NCBI GenBank assembly: GCA_965648915.1
Contig: CBFGIV010000031.1
Location: 1 to 24,904 of the forward strand
Direction: 5' to 3'
DNA length: 24,904 bases
From: a candidate division WOR-3 bacterium
GTDB taxonomy: Bacteria > Hydrothermota > Tepidihabitantia > SM23-42 > CAYGYG01
Shown: positions 1 through 8,561 of the stretch, one piece after another
How the letters are laid out: every line of letters begins with the position of its first letter
Position numbering within the stretch: the first letter of the stretch is position 1
Notes under the pieces: generated by a model
What the model was told of the DNA's origin: nothing
Databases searched by the model: none
What the model saw: only the letters and a program-made list of their open reading frames with translations
Position numbers and translations under genes: made by a program

Positions 1-1
1 A

Positions 2-2059
2 AATCGAACAATTCTAACCACTCCTTCTTATATTGATACCGAGGTTGTCTCAGGCAGGACATACATCTATACCGTTACTGCCCTCGATACCTTTGATTTA
101 GAAAGTCCATATTCAGATTCAGTCTTTGTGACCATTACTCCGACCGGGACCAACGATTTTTATGCCACAGCCTTTGGCAAGAAATTGGCCTTTTCACCAG
201 ATGGAAAATTACATTCAGTCTTTTCTAACAATGACCAGGTCTTTTATCGTTATTCTCTTGATAAGGGTGAGACCTGGTCAGTGCCAAAATTCCTTGGATG
301 GGGTCAATTCCCAACGATTGTCATATGTCAGGATAGTAATCCTGGTGTTATCTATGGAAGGTGGATATCCGACCCGACTGATTCGCTTAAAGGTTGGCAG
401 AAGATATACTGGACAAAATATTCTGGTTATATCTGGACTACACCCATAGAGCTTTTTACTTCTGGTAGAATCCCAAGGCCGGTTGAAGAGCTGGTCGTGC
501 CCAAGCCCTTTGCTGGCATTGACCATAGCAACAATGTTTCTGTAGTTTGGGCTGCCTGCTATGAAGAGAATCGCTTTGCTACCTATTTTGGCCGGTTCCA
601 TACAAGTTGGCCATATCTTTATCTCTTAGATACGCTTCTCACCCAGGAACATCCCGAGAAGCAGTGTCATACCTTAACAGTTGATGATTCTGATGTTGTT
701 CATATTGCCTTTGAGAAATGGGCGGTTGGCAGGGCTAAAGTTAACTATCAATATTACAAAATGGGTGTTCTATCACAGCCCGAGGTGGTTTGTTCTTTAG
801 CCCAATATCCTTATCTTGACTGGTATCGCTCTCCAAATAACCTGCTGTTGGTCTGGGAAGGTGAGGCAACCTGGCCGATGAATCGGATAAGATTCAGACA
901 AAAACAGTTGGGTAACCCCTGGCAAGATACGATGACTGTATATGGACCATTTTCCTGGCGTTGGTTCTCTTTTCCGACTATCTCAGCCTGGTATTCGGTC
1001 TGGGGTGATTCTAATATCTACTTTTCGAGGTTTAACGGCCATAACTGGGAGATGCGGGATACTATTGCCACAACCCTGACTAATGCCAGGTTTCCTCAGA
1101 CACTATTCTACCAGACAACGGATGAGACTTTACTCTTTGTTCTCTGGACCGAGGGCAAAGGTCCACCATATAACATAAAGTTTCGCAAAAGAGTCGTGCC
1201 GAGGGTGCCAGGTATTTATGCTGACTGTGGTGAATCGCTCCAATCGCCCTATTGTCTAAGGCGGAAAGGGTTTATAAAATTTGGTCCTGAGCCTTACAAG
1301 ACTGTTGACTATGACCATCGCTATTTAAGATACCGATTTGAATTGAGTCCGGACAAAAAATATCGGATCGACCTTTCTTACTATTTTGAATTTCCGAAAA
1401 GCAAAATATTTGAAACCGGTGACAACGGCTTAGAAGCGGAATCGCTTTCGATTTACCCCTCACCCTATCCCTCTCCCACAAGGGGCGATGGAATACGGGA
1501 TCGATCTTCTATTACTGGAATCAGTGAGGATAAAGACTCAACCTATACTCTGGTCCAATTATTAAAGATTGATGGTTTACCTTTAGACCTATCTTATATC
1601 AAATCTGGTGAATTGAAGAAAGTTTCAATATTTATCCCCGAGAGTCTCTATGCAGATGGTGCGATTATTGTTGATATTGATAAGGTCAAACGTAGATATG
1701 TGGTCTGTGGTGAGATTTCAATTTATGAATTTGAAAAAGGAGGGAAGAGGGAATTTATTAGTGGTGCCCAGGAGGGTGAGGCTTTAAATATACCTTATAA
1801 ACTCTTCTTTGGACCAGTGTATCCCAATCCGACGACAGGGGCGATTAAGATAAGGTATGGATTAAATAGGGCAATGAGAGTCCGGATTATGGTCTATGAT
1901 GTCTCAGGCCGATTAGTAAAGAGAATAAAAGAGAAGGCCGAACCGGCTGGTCTCTATGAGGTTGTCTGGGATGCTAAAACTTTGCCTTGTGGCATTTACT
2001 TCATTCAATTTAAGACCCGTGAACTTCAGAAGACCAGGAAGGTTATCTTGGTTAAATAG
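2..2059 (+). CDS. Large secreted multidomain protein, 5'-truncated by the window (FN3 end, Asp-box/propeller-like region, unknown domain, T9SS-type/FlgD-Ig C-terminal domain)
   Basis: The frame is open from position 2 (NRTILTTPSYIDTEVVSGRTYIYTVTALDTFDLESPYSDSV, a typical FN3 C-terminus), so the GTG at 128 is not the true start. Asp-box SLDKGETW at 254-277. The C-terminus YPNP...IRY...VYDVSGRLV...GIYF...KVILVK matches secretion-system C-terminal sorting domains. Confidence 0.8.
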   Translation, partial: NRTILTTPSYIDTEVVSGRTYIYTVTALDTFDLESPYSDSVFVTITPTGTNDFYATAFGKKLAFSPDGKLHSVFSNNDQVFYRYSLDKGETWSVPKFLGWGQFPTIVICQDSNPGVIYGRWISDPTDSLKGWQKIYWTKYSGYIWTTPIELFTSGRIPRPVEELVVPKPFAGIDHSNNVSVVWAACYEENRFATYFGRFHTSWPYLYLLDTLLTQEHPEKQCHTLTVDDSDVVHIAFEKWAVGRAKVNYQYYKMGVLSQPEVVCSLAQYPYLDWYRSPNNLLLVWEGEATWPMNRIRFRQKQLGNPWQDTMTVYGPFSWRWFSFPTISAWYSVWGDSNIYFSRFNGHNWEMRDTIATTLTNARFPQTLFYQTTDETLLFVLWTEGKGPPYNIKFRKRVVPRVPGIYADCGESLQSPYCLRRKGFIKFGPEPYKTVDYDHRYLRYRFELSPDKKYRIDLSYYFEFPKSKIFETGDNGLEAESLSIYPSPYPSPTRGDGIRDRSSITGISEDKDSTYTLVQLLKIDGLPLDLSYIKSGELKKVSIFIPESLYADGAIIVDIDKVKRRYVVCGEISIYEFEKGGKREFISGAQEGEALNIPYKLFFGPVYPNPTTGAIKIRYGLNRAMRVRIMVYDVSGRLVKRIKEKAEPAGLYEVVWDAKTLPCGIYFIQFKTRELQKTRKVILVK
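1456..1492 (+). repeat. Degenerate REP-like palindromic element, in frame inside the CDS
   Basis: CCCCTCACCCTATCCCTCTCCCACAAGGGGCGATGGA, translating as PSPYPSPTRGDG. It resembles the dispersed CCCTCACCCTAACCCTCTCCC-N-GGGAGAGGG repeat family (recalled, not searched). Confidence 0.55.
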
Positions 2060-2404
2060 AGATTTAAATTCAGAAGAATTGTCATAAATTATTCTCCATC
2101 TGCAAAAAGCTATCGGTTTAAGAAAGAATTATCTATATTAGAAATTAGACTATGGTGCCTGTGGTAATAAAATGGTATTAAAGCGCAGCGAACAAAGGGC
2201 ACCGCGGAATTAGAGAGCGTGTTTTGAAGGGTTTACAGGTCTATCTTTCTTTCCTGTCTGCGTTCATCGCCCAGCAGGCACACTAAATGGTTATGAGCCG
2301 AGATAAAGTGAATAGGGAGTATTTCCCTTGAGCACCAACATATTCGCGAATTTCTATCGACGATTTTCCATTGAGTAAGGTATAAATAAGAATTCAAAGG
2401 ATTT

Positions 2405-2427
2405 TTGCAATAGCCAGACTGTTGCAA
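2405..2427. terminator. Weak hairpin between convergent genes, possible terminator
   Basis: TTGCAATAG-CCAGA-CTGTTGCAA, a 9-bp stem with one G.U on the + strand, 9 nt past the guaAB stop. Confidence 0.3.
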
Positions 2428-2436
2428 TTATCCTTT

Positions 2437-3372
2437 TTATATATATTCGATTGTGCTCGGTGGCTTCGGGGTTAGATCGTATAAAACCTTTACCACCGAT
2501 GGGATATGTCTTAATATCCGGTTGCGAATCTTTTCGAGCGAACGCCAGGGAATTCTTGATGCCTCAGCGGTCATCGCATTGGTCGATTCGACACTCCGGA
2601 TGACAATTATGTTACCGAAGATCCGCCCACCCGCTTTCACCCCGGTTGCCTGGTCATTCAACAGAACCGCAAAGGCCTGAAAGGGTTTATACTTTTTCAA
2701 TTCTTCCTCAATAATTGCCGTTGCACTCCGCACGATATTGACCCTTTCCGGAGTAACTTCACCAATGATCCGGGTAGCAAGACCTGGCCCGGGGAATGGC
2801 ATCCGATGAGAAATGCTGGGTGGTAAGCCTAATCTTCGGGCAACTATCCTGACCTGGGGTTTATATAAATCCTTCAGCGGTTCGATAATTTCGAGTTCAT
2901 ACTGTTTAGGATCGATACCGATCTGGCTTAAGACATTGTGTTGGGTCTTGATACCCCCTTTGGTCTCCACGATATCTGCCGCAATTGTCCCCTGGATTAA
3001 AAATTTTGCCCCGCTCTCTTTAACGACCCGACCGAGAACTTTGTAAAATGTATCACGAAACGCCTTTCTCTTCTCCTCGGGATCGGTCAGTCCTCGAAGT
3101 GCACTGAAAAACTCATCCTTGGCATTAATCAGTTTGGTCCGAATGTGTCGTTTTCTCAATAATGAAGTGACATCAGATGGTTCTTTCAGACGCATAAGTC
3201 CATCATCGATGAAGAGTGCAATGAGTCGATCTCCTATGGCTTCGCGTCCGAGAAATGCACAGGTCATTGAATCGACCCCGCCCGATGTTGCGCAGACGGC
3301 GCTTTCCTGCTGAATACGATTTTTTAATTCGACAATCTTATCTTCGATAAATTTTCTCGCATCGAAATCCAT
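2437..3372 (-). CDS. guaAB: GMP synthase ATP-pyrophosphatase subunit (split-type subunit B, no glutamine amidotransferase domain), 311 aa
   Basis: PP-loop SGGVDS; motifs QGTI, IKTQHNV, EPLKDLYK, PFPGPGLATR; C-terminal KPPSTIEY. Start moved to ATG 3372 because a GGAGG SD lies 4 nt upstream and the -10 box overlaps the longer ORF start. Confidence 0.93.
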   Translation of the reverse strand: MDFDARKFIEDKIVELKNRIQQESAVCATSGGVDSMTCAFLGREAIGDRLIALFIDDGLMRLKEPSDVTSLLRKRHIRTKLINAKDEFFSALRGLTDPEEKRKAFRDTFYKVLGRVVKESGAKFLIQGTIAADIVETKGGIKTQHNVLSQIGIDPKQYELEIIEPLKDLYKPQVRIVARRLGLPPSISHRMPFPGPGLATRIIGEVTPERVNIVRSATAIIEEELKKYKPFQAFAVLLNDQATGVKAGGRIFGNIIVIRSVESTNAMTAEASRIPWRSLEKIRNRILRHIPSVVKVLYDLTPKPPSTIEYI

Positions 3373-3391
3373 TCTGCCTCCAGACCTATCC

Positions 3392-3419
3392 ATTATAATG
3401 ATATTTTTGTTTCTGTCAA
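3392..3419 (-). promoter_or_regulatory. sigma70-like promoter of guaAB
   Basis: TTGACA (3419-3414), N16, TATAAT (3397-3392); perfect consensus hexamers. Confidence 0.8.
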
Positions 3420-3432
3420 TATATTTGCCTGT

Positions 3433-4758
3433 TCAGAAACTATATTTCACCTTCAGGATAATTTCATCGTTATCGTTCAGTGCGCCAAAATATGTGGTCG
3501 ATTTGCCTTCGATCAACCTTGCCCCGACAGTGATTTCACAATCTTCGACTGGTCTATAAGCAATCTCCGGGGCAAAGACAATGGCATAGTTGTCTTTGAA
3601 ATCGGAAAAATCTTTAATCTCAAGACCACAAGCAATTGGCATGAGTTTCAATTTCTCTTCAAATAATTTCCATTCCGGGCCGAACAGTATGTAGTCTTCA
3701 ATCTCTTCACCGCGTTCCTGAAAGAAGCCATGGACATACTGGAGATTGATATAAACTCCATTTTTAAATGTATAATCACTGCCAAGTACAAATTTTACAT
3801 ATGGTTTCTTATCAAGGATCAAGGAATCAAAAACACCCATTCCCATTTTTGATAAATCAATCCTATAATGAATAGTCTCCGGCATAAATAGTGCACCCTC
3901 TGCCCATATTCCAATATCACCAATTGCACCGGCAAAATCCATACCGAATATATGCATCCTGGGAAAGGTGAGTTCGTTGTAAATATTGACATTACCGATG
4001 GTATCAAGGGGAACGACTTTGGTATATCTGGGGATCGGGATACCATCTCGACCATAAATATAGCTCATGGATAGGTCAAAATTAAAAAGATTCTTTTTCA
4101 GACGCAGGCCCGGTATTGAATTTTTTATGTTGTAATCGGGAATGGATATTGAATTAGTGATATGCACCGGATTGATGCCCGGGGGAAGCGTGATATTTGA
4201 ATAATTTGTGTATAATGAATTCTGTGGTATTAATGCCGGTGTGAAGCGCGGAATGAAGGCATAGGAAATATTAAGGTCTTTAAAATACCCATCAATCTTT
4301 ATTCCATTGGAACCAAGATGCCTGCCAAAATCCCAGATGTCTTCGAGGTCGAGGGGATTCAAATTATCGGTGGGATTTATTTTATCTGCAGTTCCCCAGG
4401 CAATCCGCTGTCGTCCGATGCGAATATCAATATTTTTTAACGGGAATTGCAGAATATCAATATACAGCTCTCTGACATCAACTTCAAAAGGGGTGATTTT
4501 TTCTTTTGTGAAAAGGTCATCAAGATTTTCTATTTTAGGTAGACCGGATGAACGGAGCCAGATTTCGCTGTAGAATTTGATATTGTTATTGAGGTTCTGC
4601 CGTGGATTGAGACTGAGTCGGTACTCTTCAAATGAGAGTGGATAGTTTTGTTTTATTAGAAACCGGTGGTCGGTGGAAAAATTTCCAGACCAGTCCAGAC
4701 CGCGAACAAGACTTAGTGCATATAATAGGAAAATTATCTTAGTTTTTTTCAACTTCAT
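3433..4758 (-). CDS. Putative outer-membrane beta-barrel protein (DUF1302-like)
   Basis: N-terminal signal peptide; ELYID...IGRQRIAWGTAD...PTDNLNP motif; amphipathic strands; C-terminal LKVKYSF (BAM-type terminal Phe); AAGGAGG SD. Confidence 0.75.
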   Translation of the reverse strand: MKLKKTKIIFLLYALSLVRGLDWSGNFSTDHRFLIKQNYPLSFEEYRLSLNPRQNLNNNIKFYSEIWLRSSGLPKIENLDDLFTKEKITPFEVDVRELYIDILQFPLKNIDIRIGRQRIAWGTADKINPTDNLNPLDLEDIWDFGRHLGSNGIKIDGYFKDLNISYAFIPRFTPALIPQNSLYTNYSNITLPPGINPVHITNSISIPDYNIKNSIPGLRLKKNLFNFDLSMSYIYGRDGIPIPRYTKVVPLDTIGNVNIYNELTFPRMHIFGMDFAGAIGDIGIWAEGALFMPETIHYRIDLSKMGMGVFDSLILDKKPYVKFVLGSDYTFKNGVYINLQYVHGFFQERGEEIEDYILFGPEWKLFEEKLKLMPIACGLEIKDFSDFKDNYAIVFAPEIAYRPVEDCEITVGARLIEGKSTTYFGALNDNDEIILKVKYSF

Positions 4759-4793
4759 TTTTGCCTCCTTATCTTTTTAATTTAATTATGGTG

Positions 4794-4813
4794 CGTCCAG
4801 ATTTATCTGGACG
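4794..4813. repeat. Intergenic palindrome (REP-like)
   Basis: CGTCCAGAT-TT-ATCTGGACG, perfect 9-bp arms. Confidence 0.55.
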
Positions 4814-4859
4814 ATATATCCCCGTTCAACTGAAATTAAACGCTCCATACTGAAATTTA

Positions 4860-5609
4860 CTATCGTGCAAGATTCCTTTCAGTGAAGACATCATCTTTTA
4901 ATCCAGCATCAACCTTCACTTCTTCCATCATCATTTCAGTCTTGTTCCCGCTACGCAGGTCTTGCATTACATAATTCTGAGGTATGAGATATTCTTTTAT
5001 CCCTTCTATTTTTAGGATTTCCATCTTTTTTATCATTTCATTTTTTTTGTTAAAGAATTCGGACTTTACCGGAAAGAAATCTTCTTTTCGCACACATAGA
5101 TTTATCCGTGCATATTCGGAGATATATCCAGGTTTAGAAACGAGTTCAAGTATGTAGAATTCGCTTTCGTTTTTTAATACTTCCGGCTGCCACTTCTCAG
5201 AATATCTTTTTGCCTCAAGGTCTTCATAGGTAAAGTCGGTGCCCACGAATTTCTGATTTTTTATATGAGCAGCAATACGTCGGGTCTTCTTGTATGCAGG
5301 AAGGTAGACATATATTACATCACCAGGTAGGGAGAGAAAGCCAATTCCTTTCTGATCTGCCGGAGCAAGGACCTTAACCAGCCTTTTATTCCCACCTTTC
5401 TGATACATCTGGACTTGACGATTCTTCACATCGCCGTTTTTATTTATAATATTTATCTTCATCAGCGCGGAAAGATCCCCGGGTGCAGTGAGCACTTCGT
5501 CAACTTTCCTTAAAACTTCATCCGCACTTAGAGATTCTTCAGCCGATAATAACTGGACTGCGGTCAGCAATTTCAAAAATATGCTGGTTATTTTTATGTA
5601 TCTTCTCAT
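4860..5609 (-). CDS. Outer-membrane lipoprotein-sorting (LolA-like) protein
   Basis: Signal peptide; motifs APADQKGIGFL, YVYLPAYKKTRRI, FVGTDFTYEDL, DVFTERNL typical of the MMPL-associated LolA-like family; ATGA overlap with the MMPL stop. Confidence 0.85.
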   Translation of the reverse strand: MRRYIKITSIFLKLLTAVQLLSAEESLSADEVLRKVDEVLTAPGDLSALMKINIINKNGDVKNRQVQMYQKGGNKRLVKVLAPADQKGIGFLSLPGDVIYVYLPAYKKTRRIAAHIKNQKFVGTDFTYEDLEAKRYSEKWQPEVLKNESEFYILELVSKPGYISEYARINLCVRKEDFFPVKSEFFNKKNEMIKKMEILKIEGIKEYLIPQNYVMQDLRSGNKTEMMMEEVKVDAGLKDDVFTERNLAR

Positions 5610-7822
5610 TTTGGCCTCCTTTTTATTTTCAAAATAATCGCGGGCAAAAGAACTGTTGCGCCGAGTCCTGTGCTCAGCATCGTTATTCCCAGCAAGATAC
5701 CGAATCTTATCACCGGCACAAGACTGGAAAATATTAGAACCAGAAATCCCAGCATCACGGTAAAGACATTCACGACAATCGCGCTCCCGGTATATTTTAT
5801 TGAAGTAAGTAAGGCCTGTTGAGGATTGTTCCGTTTTCGCTCATAGGTATAGCGATTAAGAAAATGGATGGAGTAGTCGATGCCGATTCCCACACAGATA
5901 CTGCCGAGCAGTACCGTGGCAACATCAAGCGGGATTTTTAAAAATCCCATAGTGCCAAAGAGAATGGAGAGGCCCCAGAAGATTGGAACAAGTCCTATGA
6001 TACTTTCCGAGATAGAGCGAGTAAGAAAGAATAGACAGATAAATATTGCAATAAGTGCTATGATGAGACTGAAGAGCTGACTTTTTAATAGACTCTCGTT
6101 AAGGTGCTGATAGACGACGGCGGAACCGGTGAATTCAAACCTACAGCGGTCATCATTCTTTGCCCTTATATAATCCTGAATCTTGCTAATGATAAACTCA
6201 CTCTCTTTATTATAGGCACCCGAAGTCATTGCCTGGATAACGCCTTCGGTCTTATCTTCATTAATGAGTTGCTCAAGGGTTTCTTCTCCTTCAAGGAGAA
6301 AATAGAGATTGCTGATTTTTTCTTTTGTTTCCGGAACTCTTTTACCTTCACCCATGGCATCATTCATTTCTTCTATCAAATCAACAATGGATTGGGGGTG
6401 ATGGACACCCTTGAGAGTATTGAGAAAATTATGGAAATCCTTTATGGTCCTGAGAACCTTGGGGTCCTGGAGGTCCCCTTTTATAAGAATCTGTATCGGC
6501 ACCGAACCACCAAAACTCTGTTCCATTATCTTTTCAGTAATCCTGATGGAAGTCTTCTCTTTGAAATAATCGAGAAAGTCCACCCTGGTCTTTATCATAG
6601 GAATGCCCAGCAAGAAGCCAATACCGATGAGTGTTCCCAGAATCAGAACCGCATCTCTGTGGGTGAGGATCCATTGACTGATCCGCTCCATTAAATGATT
6701 CAAAAATCCAAAATTCTGGTGCTGGTCTGTTTTTAAACTCCTGATATTCCACAGTATCGCCGGTATCAGGGTGATGCTGAGCAGGAATGAAATCGCCACT
6801 CCCAATGAGGTGAAGATTCCAAATTGCTGGATCATAATGAGGTAGGAACCGAAGATAAAAGAGAGAAAACCGATGATGGTGGTAAATGCCGCAAGGAAGA
6901 CCGGAATAATAACCTTAGATAGAGAATTTTTTGTCTTTGCCTGATTATCGCCATCTTTTTCTTCTACAAATTTGCAAAGCACATGGATCGCATAGGCGCT
7001 GCCCAACGCCATAAGGATCGCCGGGATTATGTTGGTAATGACCGTGAGTGGCACTCTGAGCAATGCCATCAGACCGATCGTCCAGAGGGCGCTGAGCCCT
7101 ACTGCTAAAAGGGGCATAATCACATAAAGAAACGAGCCAAAACTTAAATAAAGAATCATCAGAATCACCAGTGCCACAAAGGGTAGAAGGATTTTTATGT
7201 CTCTGATTATCATATCATTGACTGCATTCAATTGAAAAGGCAGACCCGCAAAGTAGATCTTAATATCTTTTAAATTTGCCTTTTTTGTAGCATCTTCGAT
7301 CTCTTTTGCCACCTTTGATTTATCACCATCAATACGACAGATTATTAAAGTTGTCTTTGAATCTTCGGAGAGCAATCTGTTGCGATATATCTCTTTGCTG
7401 AGTGCATATTCTTTGATTTTGTTCAAACCTTCCTGATCCGGGATATTATCTTCATCAATCAATCTGCTGATCTCCAGCCCTTCTTCTGTCTTTTTGATAT
7501 CTATAATATTGGTCAAACTCGTGACATATGTTACACCATCAATCTGCCGGAATCTGCGGGTAAGATGATCAATCGCGTTTATGGTCTCAAGATTAAACAC
7601 ATCATCGGCCTTGACGACAACGATGCCGAGACTGTTTCCGCCATACTTTTCACCGATATAATCAAGGAGTTTAACCGCGGGGTCAGCCTTGGGTAAATAA
7701 CTGCTCAAATCAGCATTTACTACGATATTTCTTAAAAAGAATGCAAATGCCAAACTCAAAAGACAGATTAGGATGATAACAAATATTTGTTTATTTACAA
7801 TAAATGCCGCAAACTTTTTCAT
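5606..7822 (-). CDS. MMPL/RND-family transporter
   Basis: Two repeats of 1 TM + periplasmic loop + 5 TM; motifs GSAYAIH, GIGIDYSIH, TTIIGFLS; AAGGAG SD. Confidence 0.93.
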   Translation of the reverse strand: MKKFAAFIVNKQIFVIILICLLSLAFAFFLRNIVVNADLSSYLPKADPAVKLLDYIGEKYGGNSLGIVVVKADDVFNLETINAIDHLTRRFRQIDGVTYVTSLTNIIDIKKTEEGLEISRLIDEDNIPDQEGLNKIKEYALSKEIYRNRLLSEDSKTTLIICRIDGDKSKVAKEIEDATKKANLKDIKIYFAGLPFQLNAVNDMIIRDIKILLPFVALVILMILYLSFGSFLYVIMPLLAVGLSALWTIGLMALLRVPLTVITNIIPAILMALGSAYAIHVLCKFVEEKDGDNQAKTKNSLSKVIIPVFLAAFTTIIGFLSFIFGSYLIMIQQFGIFTSLGVAISFLLSITLIPAILWNIRSLKTDQHQNFGFLNHLMERISQWILTHRDAVLILGTLIGIGFLLGIPMIKTRVDFLDYFKEKTSIRITEKIMEQSFGGSVPIQILIKGDLQDPKVLRTIKDFHNFLNTLKGVHHPQSIVDLIEEMNDAMGEGKRVPETKEKISNLYFLLEGEETLEQLINEDKTEGVIQAMTSGAYNKESEFIISKIQDYIRAKNDDRCRFEFTGSAVVYQHLNESLLKSQLFSLIIALIAIFICLFFLTRSISESIIGLVPIFWGLSILFGTMGFLKIPLDVATVLLGSICVGIGIDYSIHFLNRYTYERKRNNPQQALLTSIKYTGSAIVVNVFTVMLGFLVLIFSSLVPVIRFGILLGITMLSTGLGATVLLPAIILKIKRRPK

Positions 7823-7841
7823 TGTCTATTCTCCTTTATAG

Positions 7842-7876
7842 AATTTTTGACCATTTTGGTTTTTTGGTCGAAAATT
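7842..7876. promoter_or_regulatory. Candidate TetR operator upstream of MMPL
   Basis: AATTTTTGACCA-N11-TGGTCGAAAATT, 12-bp arms with one mismatch; related to the site at 8497-8523. Confidence 0.65.
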
Positions 7877-7892
7877 GCCAAAAAATTTTTTC

Positions 7893-8477
7893 TCATTTCT
7901 TTAAAATCCCCCGATATAGCATCTCCAGCATTGCCTCGGTCTTTTTTTCAAGTTTCTCAATATCTTCTTCTGTGCCCCAGAGATATTCAAAACCTTTGAG
8001 GGCAATCATAAAGAAGTTTGCCGTCATCACCGGGTCAGGAATTGCAAAAATTCCTTTTTTAATTCCTTCACGCAGAATATCAAGAATGATCTTTGTCTCA
8101 TAACGGTCTATGTTTTCTCTAAGGCGCTGAATAAAATCGTATTCTTTTAAGTATTCTTCGCGGAAGGCACTGTAGAATTTAGCAATACGGTGAACAATCC
8201 GCATCCGGGTGAGGACATAGACCGTGAGTTTCTCTTTGGGGTCAGCCGCAGAAGCAAGGGCATTTCGTATCTCTATTTTCACAACTGAAGCCTCTTTTTC
8301 AATAACGGCAAGGAAAATTTCTTCTTTATCCCTAAAATAATAATATATTGAACTCTTTGCCTTGCGTGCCGCACGGGCGATTGAATCCATCGTTGCCTTG
8401 CGATAGCCAAAACGGGAAAAGACATACCGTGCGGAATCAATGATTGAATCCCGCATTGCCTTCTTAGAAACGGTCAT
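7893..8477 (-). CDS. TetR/AcrR-family transcriptional regulator
   Basis: N-terminal HTH: IIDSARYVFSRFGYRKATMDSIARAARKAKSSIYYYFRDKEEIF. Confidence 0.95.
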   Translation of the reverse strand: MTVSKKAMRDSIIDSARYVFSRFGYRKATMDSIARAARKAKSSIYYYFRDKEEIFLAVIEKEASVVKIEIRNALASAADPKEKLTVYVLTRMRIVHRIAKFYSAFREEYLKEYDFIQRLRENIDRYETKIILDILREGIKKGIFAIPDPVMTANFFMIALKGFEYLWGTEEDIEKLEKKTEAMLEMLYRGILKK

Positions 8478-8496
8478 TTAAACCACCTTTAGATTC

Positions 8497-8523
8497 TTCG
8501 ACCAAAATGGTCTTTAATTCGAA
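8497..8523. promoter_or_regulatory. Candidate TetR autoregulatory operator
   Basis: TTCGACCA-N11-AATTCGAA with an internal GACCA-AAA-TGGTC palindrome; lies between the predicted -10 and the tetR start. Confidence 0.6.
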
Positions 8524-8533
8524 ATAATACTCC

Positions 8534-8561
8534 ATCATAACCAAAATTTGAAAATTGTCAA
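8534..8561 (-). promoter_or_regulatory. sigma70-like promoter of the tetR operon
   Basis: TTGACA (8561-8556), N16, TATGAT (8539-8534). Confidence 0.7.

Noticed and set aside
128..130. GTG 128 as the start of the first CDS
   Set aside because: The frame is open to the window edge and encodes FN3-like sequence upstream; there is no SD or signal peptide.
2233..2427. 64-aa ORF on the - strand
   Set aside because: TTG start inside a hairpin, no recognisable motif; probably spurious.
6104..6694. 196-aa + strand ORF and other short antisense or overlapping ORFs in the track
   Set aside because: They are shadows of well-supported genes on the opposite strand or frame and have no motifs.
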